Source: Carcharhinus longimanus
Lineage: Eukaryota
Direction of reading: 5' to 3'
NCBI GenBank assembly: GCA_030264375.1
Contig: JASCQW010000139.1
Location: 17,488,686 to 17,552,685, forward strand
DNA: 64,000 nucleotides
Numbering within the stretch: position 1 is the stretch's first letter; each line of letters starts with the position of its first letter. Below are positions 47,424 to 59,649 of the stretch, one piece after another. The notes under the pieces were generated by a model that made no database searches, was not told the origin of the DNA, and saw only the letters and a list, made by a program, of their open reading frames with translations. Position numbers and translations under genes: made by a program.

Positions 47424-47579
47424 CTACAAATACAGCAAGACAATAATATTAGTGAGCATGAAACTGTCCATTGAAAATAGTATTTTACAAGCACCAGTGA
47501 ACAATGTGTGCTTTATAAACAAATAAGCTTGCCAGAGAAGTGCTCAGCTGGACAATTTATGCTTCTACTCTCCTACAAC

Positions 47580-47619
47580 ATTGCTTCTCGGCCTTTTGGC
47601 TAAAATCAAGTATAGTATC
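47580..47619 (+). pseudogene. U2 snRNA 5' fragment (nt 1-40)
   Basis: attgcttctcggccttttggctaaaatcaagtatagtatc matches recalled U2 ATCGCTTCTCGGCCTTTTGGCTAAGATCAAGTGTAGTATC at 37/40 positions. Similarity stops at nt 40. Confidence 0.93.
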
Positions 47620-47690
47620 AACATGCTGCGCTTGGTTGAAGCCATTAGGTTACATTTCAGCTTCATTTGAAGCAATTTTTTAAAGCGGCA

Positions 47691-47726
47691 TCTCGGCCTT
47701 TTGGCTAAGTTGCAAATTAGATCAAG
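47691..47726 (+). pseudogene. Second, interrupted U2 snRNA fragment
   Basis: tctcggccttttggctaag (U2 nt 7-25, exact) at 47691-47709, then agatcaag (U2 nt 24-31) at 47719-47726. Confidence 0.85.
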
Positions 47727-48501
47727 CCTTGGAGGAGCTGCTACACCTACTCCAATCAGCTTGGATCATGTAGATCAAGCCCAAGACAGGAGGTGAGAGC
47801 CCTGTCTTGTCAGCTTNNNNNNNNNNNNNNNNNNNNNNNNNNNNNNNNNNNNNNNNNNNNNNNNNNNNNNNNNNNNNNNNNNNNNNNNNNNNNNNNNNNN
47901 NNNNNNNNNNNNNNNNCCTATTTCTTATGTTCTTATGTCTTAAATCAATAGGTTGATTAATGCAATTAGCTGAAAGAGGTTTAGAATACAGATAGGGTTA
48001 AATTTACACTTGTTCACATTTATGTTAGTAGGCCATTCATGAACACACTTAAGTGATTCTGTGGAAGGTATAAAGATTTATTGGTATACTGGTTTGAGAC
48101 TTCATGGTCAAACATTAAGATCCTCCAGGATTTTCAGCATCCTCTAGTGGTAAAAACATACAATGCATTTAGTTCACTTTACTCCACATTTACTCCAATT
48201 GAGACCTTCACAAAATATAATTTAGAAGACAGTGGACCATGAAATTATCAGCCTGGTGGTTTGTCTTCCCTGAAGCAATGGGGGAGATTTATAGCAGGCC
48301 ATGCTGAAACTCCACTTTGCAGCAGATCAAAAGGTGGCAATAACTTTTAATTTCCAGTGTATGTTCATAATTCTCAATGTTATGCAGCAATACAAGAAAC
48401 ATCAAGACGTCTTTCAATTTTATTTTTTGACTAAAAGGCTCAAGCTTAATGATTTCCCCCCCCCCATCAAAGACCCTGACCCAAATTTTGCAGTGAGTGG
48501 C

Positions 48502-48777
48502 TGAAATAAGTCAGCAAGGCCCATGTCCCTTCACCAGATTCCCTTTTATTTACAAGCACTATTACAGTTCATACAGTGCTACAGGCTCTCTGTCAGCATC
48601 CAGAGTAAGAAGTCTCACAACACTAGGATAAAAAGCATCCAGAGTGCCAGGAGACCCGACACTCCCAAATTATATACACAAAAAAGACTCCCTGATTGGG
48701 CAGGCAATAATGAGCTCAATTAGAGAGTTCGTATTCCAAGAGTTCATATTCTCAATGGCCTCACTGAAGTCATTACA
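48502..48777 (-). mobile_element. Solo LTR with 5-bp target site duplication
   Basis: TG...CA termini. GTGGC at both 48497-48501 and 48778-48782. Minus-strand order is CCAAT (48695-48699), TATATAA (48670-48676), AATAAA (48545-48550). Confidence 0.8.
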
Positions 48778-48909
48778 GTGGCAAAGTGAGGAGCTCACCA
48801 ATGACCTTGCAGAAAGCTTCCCATGTCTATCTAGCAATCTCTGGAGTGCATTCCACATTTCTCAACATCAGTTTGAATCTGGCGGCAAGTCACAGTGATT
48901 GTCAGCCAA

Positions 48910-49253
48910 TTACATTTGGCAAGGGAAGCATTGGTTGTTCATCCTTAATTGCCCTTGATCTCTGTGACTTTACGGCATCATTTCAGAGGATACTTAATGG
49001 ATCAAACCAGGTCAGGATGGCAGATGTCCTTCACTAAACGACATTAGTGAACCAAATGGGCTTTCACAACAATTGATGATAGTTTCATGGCTACATTTCC
49101 AGTACTAGCTTTCAGTTCCAGCTTTTGTTTTTAATCGATTGAATTTTTAATTCCACCAGCTGCTGTGGTGGGATGTGAACCCAAGAACGTTGGCCTGAGC
49201 CTCTGGATTACTGGTTGAGTGACAGTCAGTACCACTATGTCACTGTTTCCCCC
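48910..49253 (-). mobile_element. Diverged copy of the family-A-linked tRNA SINE
   Basis: gacattagtgaaccaaatggg...aattccaccagctgctgtggtgggatgtgaaccc...ctctggattact is the reverse complement of the body and head of 26266-26631. Confidence 0.72.
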
Positions 49254-49442
49254 TTAATTAAAACTTTAAAGAGAACAAAATAAATTGAGACATACAAACA
49301 TAAGGGTAAGAGTAGGGGGTGATTGGAGTCAGACCCAGAGCTCATCTGGATAATTGCTGGGTAAACTATTACGTGGGAGTTTCCTAGAGGGATTCCCCAG
49401 TGCATCATTGGAGTACCAGCCCGAAACGTGACTTAGGCAACC

Positions 49443-49715
49443 ACAGAATAGAATCCCTATAATGCAGAAAGAGGCACGTCAAATTTGTATTGAATCTCCA
49501 AAACAGCATCCTCCTCTCTGCCCTTACCCTCTAACCCTGCACATTCACCATGGCTAATTCACCTAGCTTGCACATTTTTGGACTTTGAGATGAAATCAGA
49601 GCACCCAGAGGAAATCCATGTACAGATGGGGAAAATGTGAAAACTCTACACAGAATCAAACCTGGGTCCCTTGTGCTGGAGCAGCAGTGCTAATCACTCT
49701 GCCAGCGTGCTGCCC
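49443..49715 (-). mobile_element. HE1-type SINE
   Basis: Tail atagaatccctata; head gcagcagtgctaatcactctgccagcgtgctgccc (plus-strand view). Confidence 0.82.
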
Positions 49716-49745
49716 TTAAATACCATCTGCTGCCCTGGTGGGATT

Positions 49746-49920
49746 TAGAATCATAGAATCTCTACAGTGCATAAGAGGCCAATCAGCCCATCGAGCCTGC
49801 ATCGACAACAATCCCACCCAGGCCCCATCTCCGTAACCTCGTGTATTTATCCTGCTAATTCCCCTGACACTAAGATTCAATTTAGCATGGCCAATCCACC
49901 TAACCCGCACATCTTTGAAC
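49746..49920 (-). mobile_element. HE1-type SINE, 3' half
   Basis: tagaatcatagaatctctacagtgca...ccaatccacctaacccgcacatctttg. Confidence 0.82.
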
Positions 49921-51414
49921 ATTTGAACACGTTTCAATGTGATTAACCAATGTGAATGCCAGTGACATTACCACTGTGCTGCCATCTCCCCCAGGATGCT
50001 TGTAGGCCTGAACATTACAAAACAGATGATGTAATTTGCTAGCTCTGAGCTTTCCAGTTAGATCTTTAAAAATATGTATTTTCCCAAATATTTGTCCATT
50101 TCCCTTAAGTGTTAATTAAGTCACTTCTACTACTGTATCTGATACGACATGGAATGTCCTAACAATATATAAAAATGCATCTCCTAATCACTCCCTTTTT
50201 TTTAGTGATGAGTTTGAATTTATAGGCTTGAATGACTAAAAGTACAGCTACATATTGCAATTGCACTATGATTTTTGAAAAAAACCTCTTGAATAGGTGA
50301 ACTCATATTTAAATAGAAATGGTTTTATGCTAACATATGTTATTATATGATAGCTAAATTAAGTGTGAAAGAGTACTTTGAAAACCTAAAAATCAAATTA
50401 GAGAATAAGAATCCTTGTCTTTTCCACATCATTTTAGTAGGCTGTTCATTCAATCTTTAATCAAACACATCAGAAACAATCACAAACTAGAAAGCTTTAA
50501 TATATTTCACTCATACGAATCAGCTGCCATCTCACCAGTTGAGTACTGTCATTGGATTTATTTAACACGATGCTAACACTACCAGATAGGTGAGATAACC
50601 TGCAAGCCAATTTGCTTCAATGCTTCTGCGCAATATGGTCCTGTTATTATGGATTTGTCTCATGAACAGGAATTCATCCTGGTGTTCTGCAGCTGAAAAT
50701 ACTCAAAAGGCTTGGATTTGGAAAACAAGCCTATATGCATTGTTCATTTTCTCAACTGTAAATACAAGTCTCACAAAATACATCACCAGCCCATGATTAC
50801 ACTACATTGAAGACCTAGGAGTTTCAATAATTGGAAATACACAAGTGGATTTTTAAACTATATTTATTCCTTTGTTAAAAAGGACAAAAAGTGTCACAAA
50901 TTAAGCTCATAAATAATAAATTAAATGCATAAAATTGCAAACATTTAAGGTAACCATTTTATTCCTCACTAAATTGTTGAGTTTATAACCACATTTCACC
51001 GTCACCTCTGCATAAAGCTAAAATGACAAATCTATTTGAACAGGGAGTAATGAGGACATGTGGGGAATGGTCTAATTTAGGGCAAATATAGTACCCAATA
51101 ATCAGATCATACAGAGCGACACAAAGAATCAAAAGCAATTCAGCTGGTGATAGAATCTTTGGGTGTTAATTAAATTCTCACACATCAGCAGGTTCAGTTC
51201 TCTCCCCAAAACAGCCTTCTTGAGATGACATCATTTATATTTACGTGAAAAATATTGACAAAAGGAGAAGGCAGGTACTTCTTTTTAAAATAAACAATCT
51301 GAACAACTGGTTATGGATCCTTTTCACACTACTGAATGAATACTGGGTATTGAATTTCACAGTTTGCTTTCTGCTATATTGCCAGACCGATGCTTTTTAT
51401 TTTTCAATAAAATC

Positions 51415-51905
51415 AGTAAAGACAAAAATATGCGATTACGAACTCTCTTCCCCTCCTGTTCATGTGTCTAAAAAGATACACCTTACTAACATGCCTGCTT
51501 TCACTGGCAGTGTATTCCAGGCACCCACCACCCTTGAAAAGCTTTACGGACATGTCTCCCCTAAACGTACCACCTCTCACCCTAATCCTGTACCCTCTTG
51601 TAGCTGACCCTTTCACCCTGGGAAAAAGCCTCTGACTATCCACGCCTCTCAATTTTGTAGACTTTTATCAGATTGCCCCTCAGCCTCCATCTTTCCAGTG
51701 GAAACAATCTGAGTTTATCCAACCTCTCTTCATACCTAAAACACTCCAGACCAGGCAACATCCTGGTAAACCTACTTTTCACCCTCACCAAAGCATCCAG
51801 GTCCATCTGGTATTTGGCAATCAAAACTGCACGCAATCTTCCAAATGCAGCTTAACTAAAGTTATACAGCTGTAACATAACTTGCCAACCTTTATACTCG
51901 AAGCC
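51415..51905 (-). mobile_element. CR1 LINE 3' fragment
   Basis: ORF 51636..51836(-): RFTRMLPGL...YEERLDKLRLFPLERWRLRGNLIKVYKI. Confidence 0.85.
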
Positions 51906-52099
51906 CCAGCAATACAGTCCCCATTCAGACACATTACTGGAAAGGCACCTTTATTCTGTCAAAGTTCAAAAAGATTCTGTGGAGTACATTAAGCTTAATA
52001 ATTGAATGCATTAAAGCATTTGTAGAAGTGTCTTCTGAATATTCAATAGCTCACAAATGAGAACAAGGAACAGATAGTGGCTGTACTTGATACTAATCT

Positions 52100-52388
52100 T
52101 AGAATCATAGAATCCCTATAGGGCAGGAGACGGCCATTTGGACCATCGAGTCTGCACCAACAACAATCGCACGCAGGTCCTATTCCCGCAACCTCATATT
52201 TATCCTAATCTCCTGATACTTGGGTCAATTTAGCACGGCCAATCAATTTAGCCTGCACATCTTTGGAGTGTGGGAAGGAACTGGAGCACCTGGAGGAAAC
52301 CCACATAGACAGTGAAAATTCCAAGCTAGAATTAACCCAGATCTCTGATGCTGCGAGGCAGCTGTGCGAACCACTGCCACTGTGCTGC
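52100..52388 (-). mobile_element. HE1-type SINE
   Basis: agaatcatagaatccctatag tail and ggaactggagcacctggaggaaaccc central domain. Confidence 0.82.
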
Positions 52389-53049
52389 TACCAACCTACA
52401 AATGCTATACAACATACTAAAATTAACATTTTAACCACACACTAAAGTAAAAACATTCAAAAAATATTCAATCACAGGATGATTAAGTATGCAATTACAC
52501 ATTTTCATCTGCTAAGATTATAGAATGAAATACTCCTTTTTTAAAGTAGGGAATTACTTTACAAGTTATGTGAAACAATCAAAGCTTATATATTTTCTTT
52601 AAGTTCATTAATATTTTTTGCCCAATAAAGGAACAGGAGCGCTGGAAATTAGAAAAACCTTTTGTTCTCAATCAGCATCAATCACTCCAAAGTGAGCAAT
52701 AATACAGCTCCTATTGTCTCCCACTCAAATCTGCTCCAAAACCAATTTTTCAAACCACTCCCTCTTTTGCATCATTTGTGATGATTTCCATTTCCTCCAG
52801 CAATCAATCTCCAGGCCTGAGTGAGTCTGCCAGTCTAATCAAAATGTGAGGATTTAACACCACATATCTATACCCAATAAGACTGCAGTTTGATAGCATT
52901 TAACAAAACTTACAGACAGCTCAGGCAACGATTCCATTAGCATTGGCAGGATTTGAACCCAGATAGGCAAGTATGCAAAACTACAAAGCTTAATTTAAAA
53001 GATGTATTTTAATTTATGACAACACGTATTCGGTTCATCATTCACTTCA

Positions 53050-54750
53050 AGGTAAATGAGTATGCTCGCCAACGACAACTTCAATAATTATGAACAACTT
53101 TAATCTACACGTAGATGGGAGAATCAAATTGGCAAAGGTAGCCAAAAAGAGTTTTTTCCAGACGATTTCATACAGCAATATGTTCCAGAACCAATCAGGG
53201 AGCAGGCAATTCTATATCTGGAAGTATGCAATGAAACCAGACTAATCAAGGAACATCTAAGTGAGGGTGATCACAAGATATTATTGCACGTTCAGTTTGA
53301 AAGCAAGTCAGAGTCCACGACTAGGGTACGGAGGCAGAGTTGGCTAAGCTGAATTGGTAAACTAGTTAAAAGATGGGATAGTAGATTTGCAGTGGCAGAC
53401 TTAAGGTGCTATTTAATAACTCTCAGCAAAGATTTATCCCAGTGAAGGAGGAAGACTCTGAGAAGGATGCATCATCCATGGCTGAATAAGGAAGTCAAGG
53501 ACACAGTGTAAAATTGAAAGAAACATTGTACAAATCTGCAAAGGCTAGTGGCACACGTAGAGGATTGGACTTTTAAGGATTAGCAAAGAATGACGAAAAC
53601 GGATATTAAAGAGGCAAAAAACAGAGTATGAAAGAAAGCTAGCTACTAATATAAAGTCAGATAGTAAGAGTTTTTACAAGCAGTTGAAGATGAAAAGAGA
53701 ACTAAAGCTAGATAGACTATGAGGAACTGATGTTGTGTCCGTCTTCACAGAAGACGACTTAGAAAACTTCCCAAAGATAACTGAAAATTATGAGCTGATC
53801 ATCAGGGAAAAGGTGCAAGGAAAACTTAGTCCCAAAGTCGACAAGTCCCCAAGACTAGATGGCCTTCCTGAATCCTAGGACCTTTATTAAAAAAAGCAGT
53901 ATTTATTTCTTAATTAGTGTCACAAGTTGGCTTACATTAACACTGCAATGAAGTTACTGTGAAAATCCCCTAGTCGCCACAGTCCGGCACCTGTTTGGGC
54001 ACATGAAGTAGCGGCACAGATAATTGATGCATTGGTTATACTCTAAAATTCCTCAGATTTGGAATTGGAAAATAGCTAATGCAACACCCTTTATCCAAGG
54101 GCAGAGGCAGAAAGCAGGAATTTATAGGCTAGTTAGACTAACATCTGTCATATGGGAAGTGCTAGAATCCACTGTTGAGGAGATTAGAGCCGGATACTTA
54201 GAAATCCATGATAAGATCAGGCTGAGCCAACATGGTTTTCTGAAAGACAAAGCAACATTTAAAGTGGACAAAGGAGAAATCGCTGGATGTGGTGCAATTG
54301 GATTTCCGAATGGTATTTGATAAGGTGCCACATCAAAGATTACTACACAACAGCACATGGTGCAGGGGTTAACTATTAGCATGAATAAATGATTGGTTAG
54401 TTCATTGGAAGTAAAGAGTAGAGATAAATGGGCAACTTTCAGTTTGGCAAGCTGTAACTAGCAGAGTGCCACAGGAGTGGGTCCTCAACTATTTACTATT
54501 TATATCAATGACTTATTGCAAGAGAAATGGAATATAAAAATAGGAAAGTTTTATTGTAGCTGTACAGGGCCTTGGTGAGACCATATTTGTGGTGTGTTCA
54601 GTTTTGGTCTCCTTATTTGAATGAAAATCTAATTGCTTAAGCAGTTCTAAGATGATTCATCTGACTTATTCCTGGCTTATCTTATGAAAAAAGGTTGAAC
54701 AGGTTAGGCCTACATCCCTTGGAAGTGATCTTATTAAAACATGGAGGACT
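53050..54750 (+). mobile_element. Decayed CR1 LINE with a nested alternative-tail SINE fragment (~53898-54003, minus)
   Basis: ORF 54024..54320 (WKIANATP...YRLVRLTSVI...SQHGFLK), plus gtgccacagg and tatatcaatgactt RT motifs. Confidence 0.8.
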
Positions 54751-56341
54751 NNNNNNNNNNNNNNNNNNNNNNNNNNNNNNNNNNNNNNNNNNNNNNNNNN
54801 NNNNNNNNNNNNNNNNNNNNNNNNNNNNNNNNNNNNNNNNNNNNNNNNNNNNNNNNNNNNNNNNNNNNNNNNNNNNNNNNNNNNNNNNNNNNNNNNNNNN
54901 NNNNNNNNNNNNNNNNNNNNNNNNNNNNNNNNNNNNNNNNNNNNNNNNNNNNNNNNNNNNNNNNNNNNNNNNNNNNNNNNNNNNNNNNNNNNNNNNNNNN
55001 NNNNNNNNNNNNNNNNNNNNNNNNNNNNNNNNNNNNNNNNNNNNNNNNNNNNNNNNNNNNNNNNNNNNNAGAACATTGTCTTAGCATAGGACTTAGTGTT
55101 ACGTTCTTATGAATACCCTCAAAACTGAAACTGTATTTCCATAATGCATCTTCATTGCACTAATTTATAATGTGCAGTTCAAATGTTACAGATATTGACA
55201 ATTAGACTGTTATTAGGGTAGAGGTGAAAGCAAAAGAGGGGCTCATTTGTTAATCTGAAATATATAGCAGTAATGTAATACAACCATTTGTACTTGACGT
55301 AATTTAAGATAGCAAATCCAGTAAACATCTCGTCATTTTCTTTTTAGCTGAAAGCCAGCAAAAATGGTGCTAACAATAATGTTGTTGTAGAATTAGGTCA
55401 AACACAATCCTTTCATATCTACATTCTGATCTGAATCCAAGTCTAGTAGACAAGAAGGGGACTGAAGCAGTTTCTTCCCCCACAACTATTAAAACATCTT
55501 CCATGTATTACAAATTTAATCAGCCTTGATCCAATTACGAACACACGTGTCCACATCACTGAAGCACTTTGAGGGGATATTCTAAAAAATGAAACAGCTC
55601 TTTGAAGATTTGTTCTCATTTAGACTTGCGGGCACTTGACAAATGCAGCTGTCAGCTATAAAGCTAAATTTGGGTGAAACGTATCAAGGCTCTTTCTTAA
55701 TCCTATTGACATATAATTGCCCATTTGCTGTACTTATTTGTACAACCTGCATGAAAAAGGGAAACACACATCTTTGCTATTCAAATACTGATCATTACTT
55801 AAGACATTGCCCTTTAGCCTCTGGTATAAATTAATCTACAACTTGTCAATATTTCAGACAATTTGCGACTGGATGCCACAGACTCCAATAAAATCATATA
55901 CAATATACTCAAATTTCAGAAGTTAAGCTATTGTGTTTTAGACTCTTTTGGTAGTGCCGATACTTGCTCTGATTAATATATAGGCCAAATTACACCAGGT
56001 TTTGTAGACTATCTCACCTGTTATACATGATTGCGTGAAGAAATAATTAGCTGAAAATAATTTGAAGACAAACAGCATTTAGGAAAACAAGACTAATGCC
56101 TGCAACCCCTCCCCGAAGTCAAAGAAAGCCTTTACAATACAACAAAATACACAAATTATCTTTGGCTAAATTTTCAGATAAAGCATTTTCCACCCAGTTT
56201 CCAGAGAACACTGAAAATTCAGCAAGACAATTTAGAAAGACCATATTTGACGAACCTGATAAAAGTTCTTTGAGATGACAACAAATATGGATGAAGTACA
56301 GTCCACAGTCTTTCACAGAATCCATCGTGCAAATGAGTTAA

Positions 56342-56619
56342 TTTGGCAATCGAGTCTGCACCGAACCCAGTTCCACCCAGGCCTGCTCCCTGTAATGCCA
56401 TGTATTTAGCCCTGCCATTCTCCCTGACACTAAGGGGCAATTTAGCCAATCAACCTAAACTGTACATCTTTCGAGTATGGGAGAAAACCAGCGCACCCGG
56501 AGGAAACCCTCGCAAACACCAGGAGAATGTGCAAACTCCACACAGTCACCCAAGGCTAGAACTGAACCAGGGTCCCTGGCACTGTGAGCCAACAGTGCTA
56601 ACCACTGTGCCACCATGCC
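56342..56619 (-). mobile_element. HE1-type SINE
   Basis: cagtgctaaccactgtgccaccatgcc head and gcacccggaggaaaccc centre (plus-strand view). Confidence 0.85.
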
Positions 56620-58368
56620 ATCCTATCTGCAAGCATATCTCACAGGAGACTGGTAAAGAACATTTTAGGGCATAGAATATGTTTACTTAAAAACTGTTTA
56701 GAATGGAGGAAACATGTTCGGAGTTGAAAGCAACTTCTCAATGTAGTTGGATATGGTAGAGGTATCCCATAGGGTTCTGTTAATTGTGTACATTATTGAT
56801 TTGATATGGGGTTACAGAGTGGCCCAATTTACAAGTACTAAGGTAAAAGGTATATTAAACTATTCAAAGGAAGTTGCGTGGGAAAAGTGATAAAATTAGG
56901 AAATTTGGGAAAACAACAACAAACGTCAATAATGTCAGTAAATGCAAGATGGCATACAATTCAAAAAAATTTACTTGGCATGGGGAAAATCTAGGTGTGA
57001 GAACACAGAGGAATTTGAAGAGCAAGTGGTCACATGAAGTAGGTTTGAAAAGGTATGGAATACTCAAGTCAGGCTGCAATATTTCACAGAAATTCAACTG
57101 CAGTAAACTTTGTATGCAGCTTGTGCACCATGCAATGGGATAGATGTAGAAGCAATAGAGAGGAAGTACTGTAGATTGGAATGAGCATGTAGAACGATCA
57201 TTACAAATACAAAGAAAAACGCAAAAGATTGCTTTTGTGATAACAAAGACTTTGAGGTTATTTGGTAGAGCTGTTTAAACAAGGGATGAGACAGAATTCA
57301 TAGAAACAGACCTGTTCGAGAGGTTTGGGGCTTGGAACAAAGGAACATCTATGCTAGATATGGGGTGGCGAGGAGGGGGGAGGGGCGTAAAATAACCAAA
57401 ACAGTTTGGAGGCTTAGGAACTTACTACTGGAGTTGGTGATTGAAGCACAGACCATTTGAGAATAGGTTAGGTCAGTAGTTGAAATTAAGAAAATAAAGG
57501 AATTCTTAAAATGTTATCTTTGTACAGTTACTGCAGAGAAGCAATAATTAGGTTTTAATTGAAAGCCAACAGTCACAGTTTGGACAGATTTTTAATCAAA
57601 ACTTAGGACTTCTGCTTTAATAGCAGATAAACACCACCATGGGTTGTGTGGGCTGAAAGGTCCATTTTCATATTTAAGGCAGCAATAGATATGATTTGTA
57701 ATTAGTAAATGTTAATATTCCATTTGCCTCTCATTACTTGCTATACCTGCATGTTAACTTTTTGTTTCATACACTAGGATAACCAAATCCCTCTATACCA
57801 TGGAGTTCCACAATCTCTCCATTTAAATAACATACTGCTCTTTTGTTCTTCTTGCCAAAATGGACAAGTTCACATTTTCCCACAATATACTCTGTCTGCT
57901 GACATTTACTAGTCACCTCACTTAGCTGAATCTGTTTGACGTAGCTTTATATCCTCTTAAGGACTTACATACTTTACTTGGTGTTATTAGTCAACACTAA
58001 GATCCAAAAAATAGGTAGGTTTTAAAAATAAAGGAAAAATGGCAATGGCAACTCTTTGGGATGTCCTAATGGAGTTACAAATCTTTAAAATTATTTGTTT
58101 CTGCTTAGCTTCTTCCAGCTACATTCAATTTTAACTCACTGTTCCTTTCTTCAATCTACATACACCATCTTTGGAGCACGATGCCCTCCAAGACCAGTTC
58201 AACAAATGAGTCATGAAACATTTGCTGGACTTTATGGGTATCTCAGCTTCTTTTAAATTCTTATGTTGAAAATTGCATGTTTATTGACACTCAGACTCCT
58301 AGATAAATCTGGGTTAATACAATTCTATGCATTGAACACTTTGACGTACATTCTTACAACTCATTTCA

Positions 58369-58481
58369 AGCACTGCTGCTTCATAGCTTTAGGGGCCTGG
58401 GTTTGATTCCTGGCTTGGGTCACTGTCTGTGTGGAGTTTGCACATTCTCCTCGTGTCTGTGTGGGTTTCCTCCGGGTGCTC
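58369..58481 (+). mobile_element. HE1-type SINE 5' part running into a gap
   Basis: agcactgctgcttcatagc...gggtcactgtctgtgtggagtttgcacattctcc...gggtttcctccgggtgctc. Confidence 0.82.
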
Positions 58482-58599
58482 NNNNNNNNNNNNNNNNNNN
58501 NNNNNNNNNNNNNNNNNNNNNNNNNNNNNNNNNNNNNNNNNNNNNNNNNNNNNNNNNNNNNNNNNNNNNNNNNNNNNNNNNCCCCCCCCCCCCCACCCT

Positions 58600-58985
58600 C
58601 ACCCTCATTGCACAAAGTGAGTCAGAGAGAGCATGCCCTCCACCCCAGAAGACTTGGATGAACCTGTGTCCGAGGTCACCCTTGCAGACATCAGAGCAGT
58701 CTTCTCGAAGGTCAACGCATGGAAAATGACTGGCCCTGATGGGGTATCTGGACAAGCACTCAGATCCTGCATGGATCAACTGATGAGTGAATTAGCAGAC
58801 ATCTTCAACCTATCTTTACACCAATCTGAGGTCCCTATCTGCTTCAGGAAGACAGCCATGATTCCAGTACTAAAGAAAAGCCAAGCAGCGTGTCTTAATG
58901 ACTATTGTCCAGTGGCTCTGACATCCATCATTATGAAGTGCTTTGAAAGATTAGCCATGGCATGATTCAATTCTGGCCTCCCAGC
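58600..58985 (+). mobile_element. Rex1/Babar-like LINE RT fragment
   Basis: ORF 58633..58965: KMTGPDGVSGQALRSC.DQL...DIFNLSL...IPVLKK...CLNDYCPVALTSIIMKCFERL, the pre-RT signature of Rex1-type elements. Confidence 0.85.
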
Positions 58986-58987
58986 GA

Positions 58988-59303
58988 GGCACAGTGGTTA
59001 GCACTACAGCTTCACAGCTCCAGGGACCTGGGTTCAATTCCTGGCCTGGGTCACTGTCTGTGTGGAGTTTGCATATTCTCCTCGTGTTTATGTGGGTCTC
59101 CTCCCACAGTCCAAAGATGTTCAGGTTAGGTTGACGAGCCGTGCTAAAAGAAATTGTCCCTTAGAGTCCTGAGGTGCATAGGTTAGAGGGATTAGCAAGT
59201 AAATATGTAGGGATATGGGGGTAGGGCCTGGGTGGGATTGTGTCAGGTGCAGACACAATAGGCCAAATGGCCTCCTTCTGCACTGTTGGGTATCTATGAT
59301 TTC
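58988..59303 (+). mobile_element. HE1-type SINE
   Basis: ggcacagtggttagcac head, ggttcaattcc B box, ggcctccttctgcactgttgggtatctatgat tail. Confidence 0.88.
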
Positions 59304-59649
59304 TCTGGGAACAAAGGGATATGGAGTAGGCAGGAAAGTAGAATCGAGGCAAATAATAAGTCATGATTTTTTGAATGGCAAAGAAGGTTCAAAAGGCCAC
59401 ATGCTGCACCTGTGCTCCAAAGTCTTGTTCTTATATTGTAGCTCTATGTAAAATATTAATTTCATAAGATTCCACAGGACCAAGTCAGAACAATACATGG
59501 TAAGCTTCAACTTTCCCTTCTGAACTGAATTTGTCATCAGCATTTCACTGAATTTAGAATCGCAAGATCTCGGCAACCTCAGGATGCTACAAAGATTTTA
59601 CTGCAGGAAGGTTTGACACCCAGTCTGAGACGAGTTGGCCAAGATTTAA

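Noticed and set aside
47576-47624. caacat direct repeat flanking the first U2 fragment as a TSD
   Set aside because: Only 6 bp, and it overlaps U2-matching bases on both sides. Too weak to call, and it does not explain the second U2 copy.
47580-47770. Functional U2 snRNA gene
   Set aside because: Similarity stops at nt 40. No Sm site or 3' stem-loops follow, and the branch-recognition sequence is mutated.
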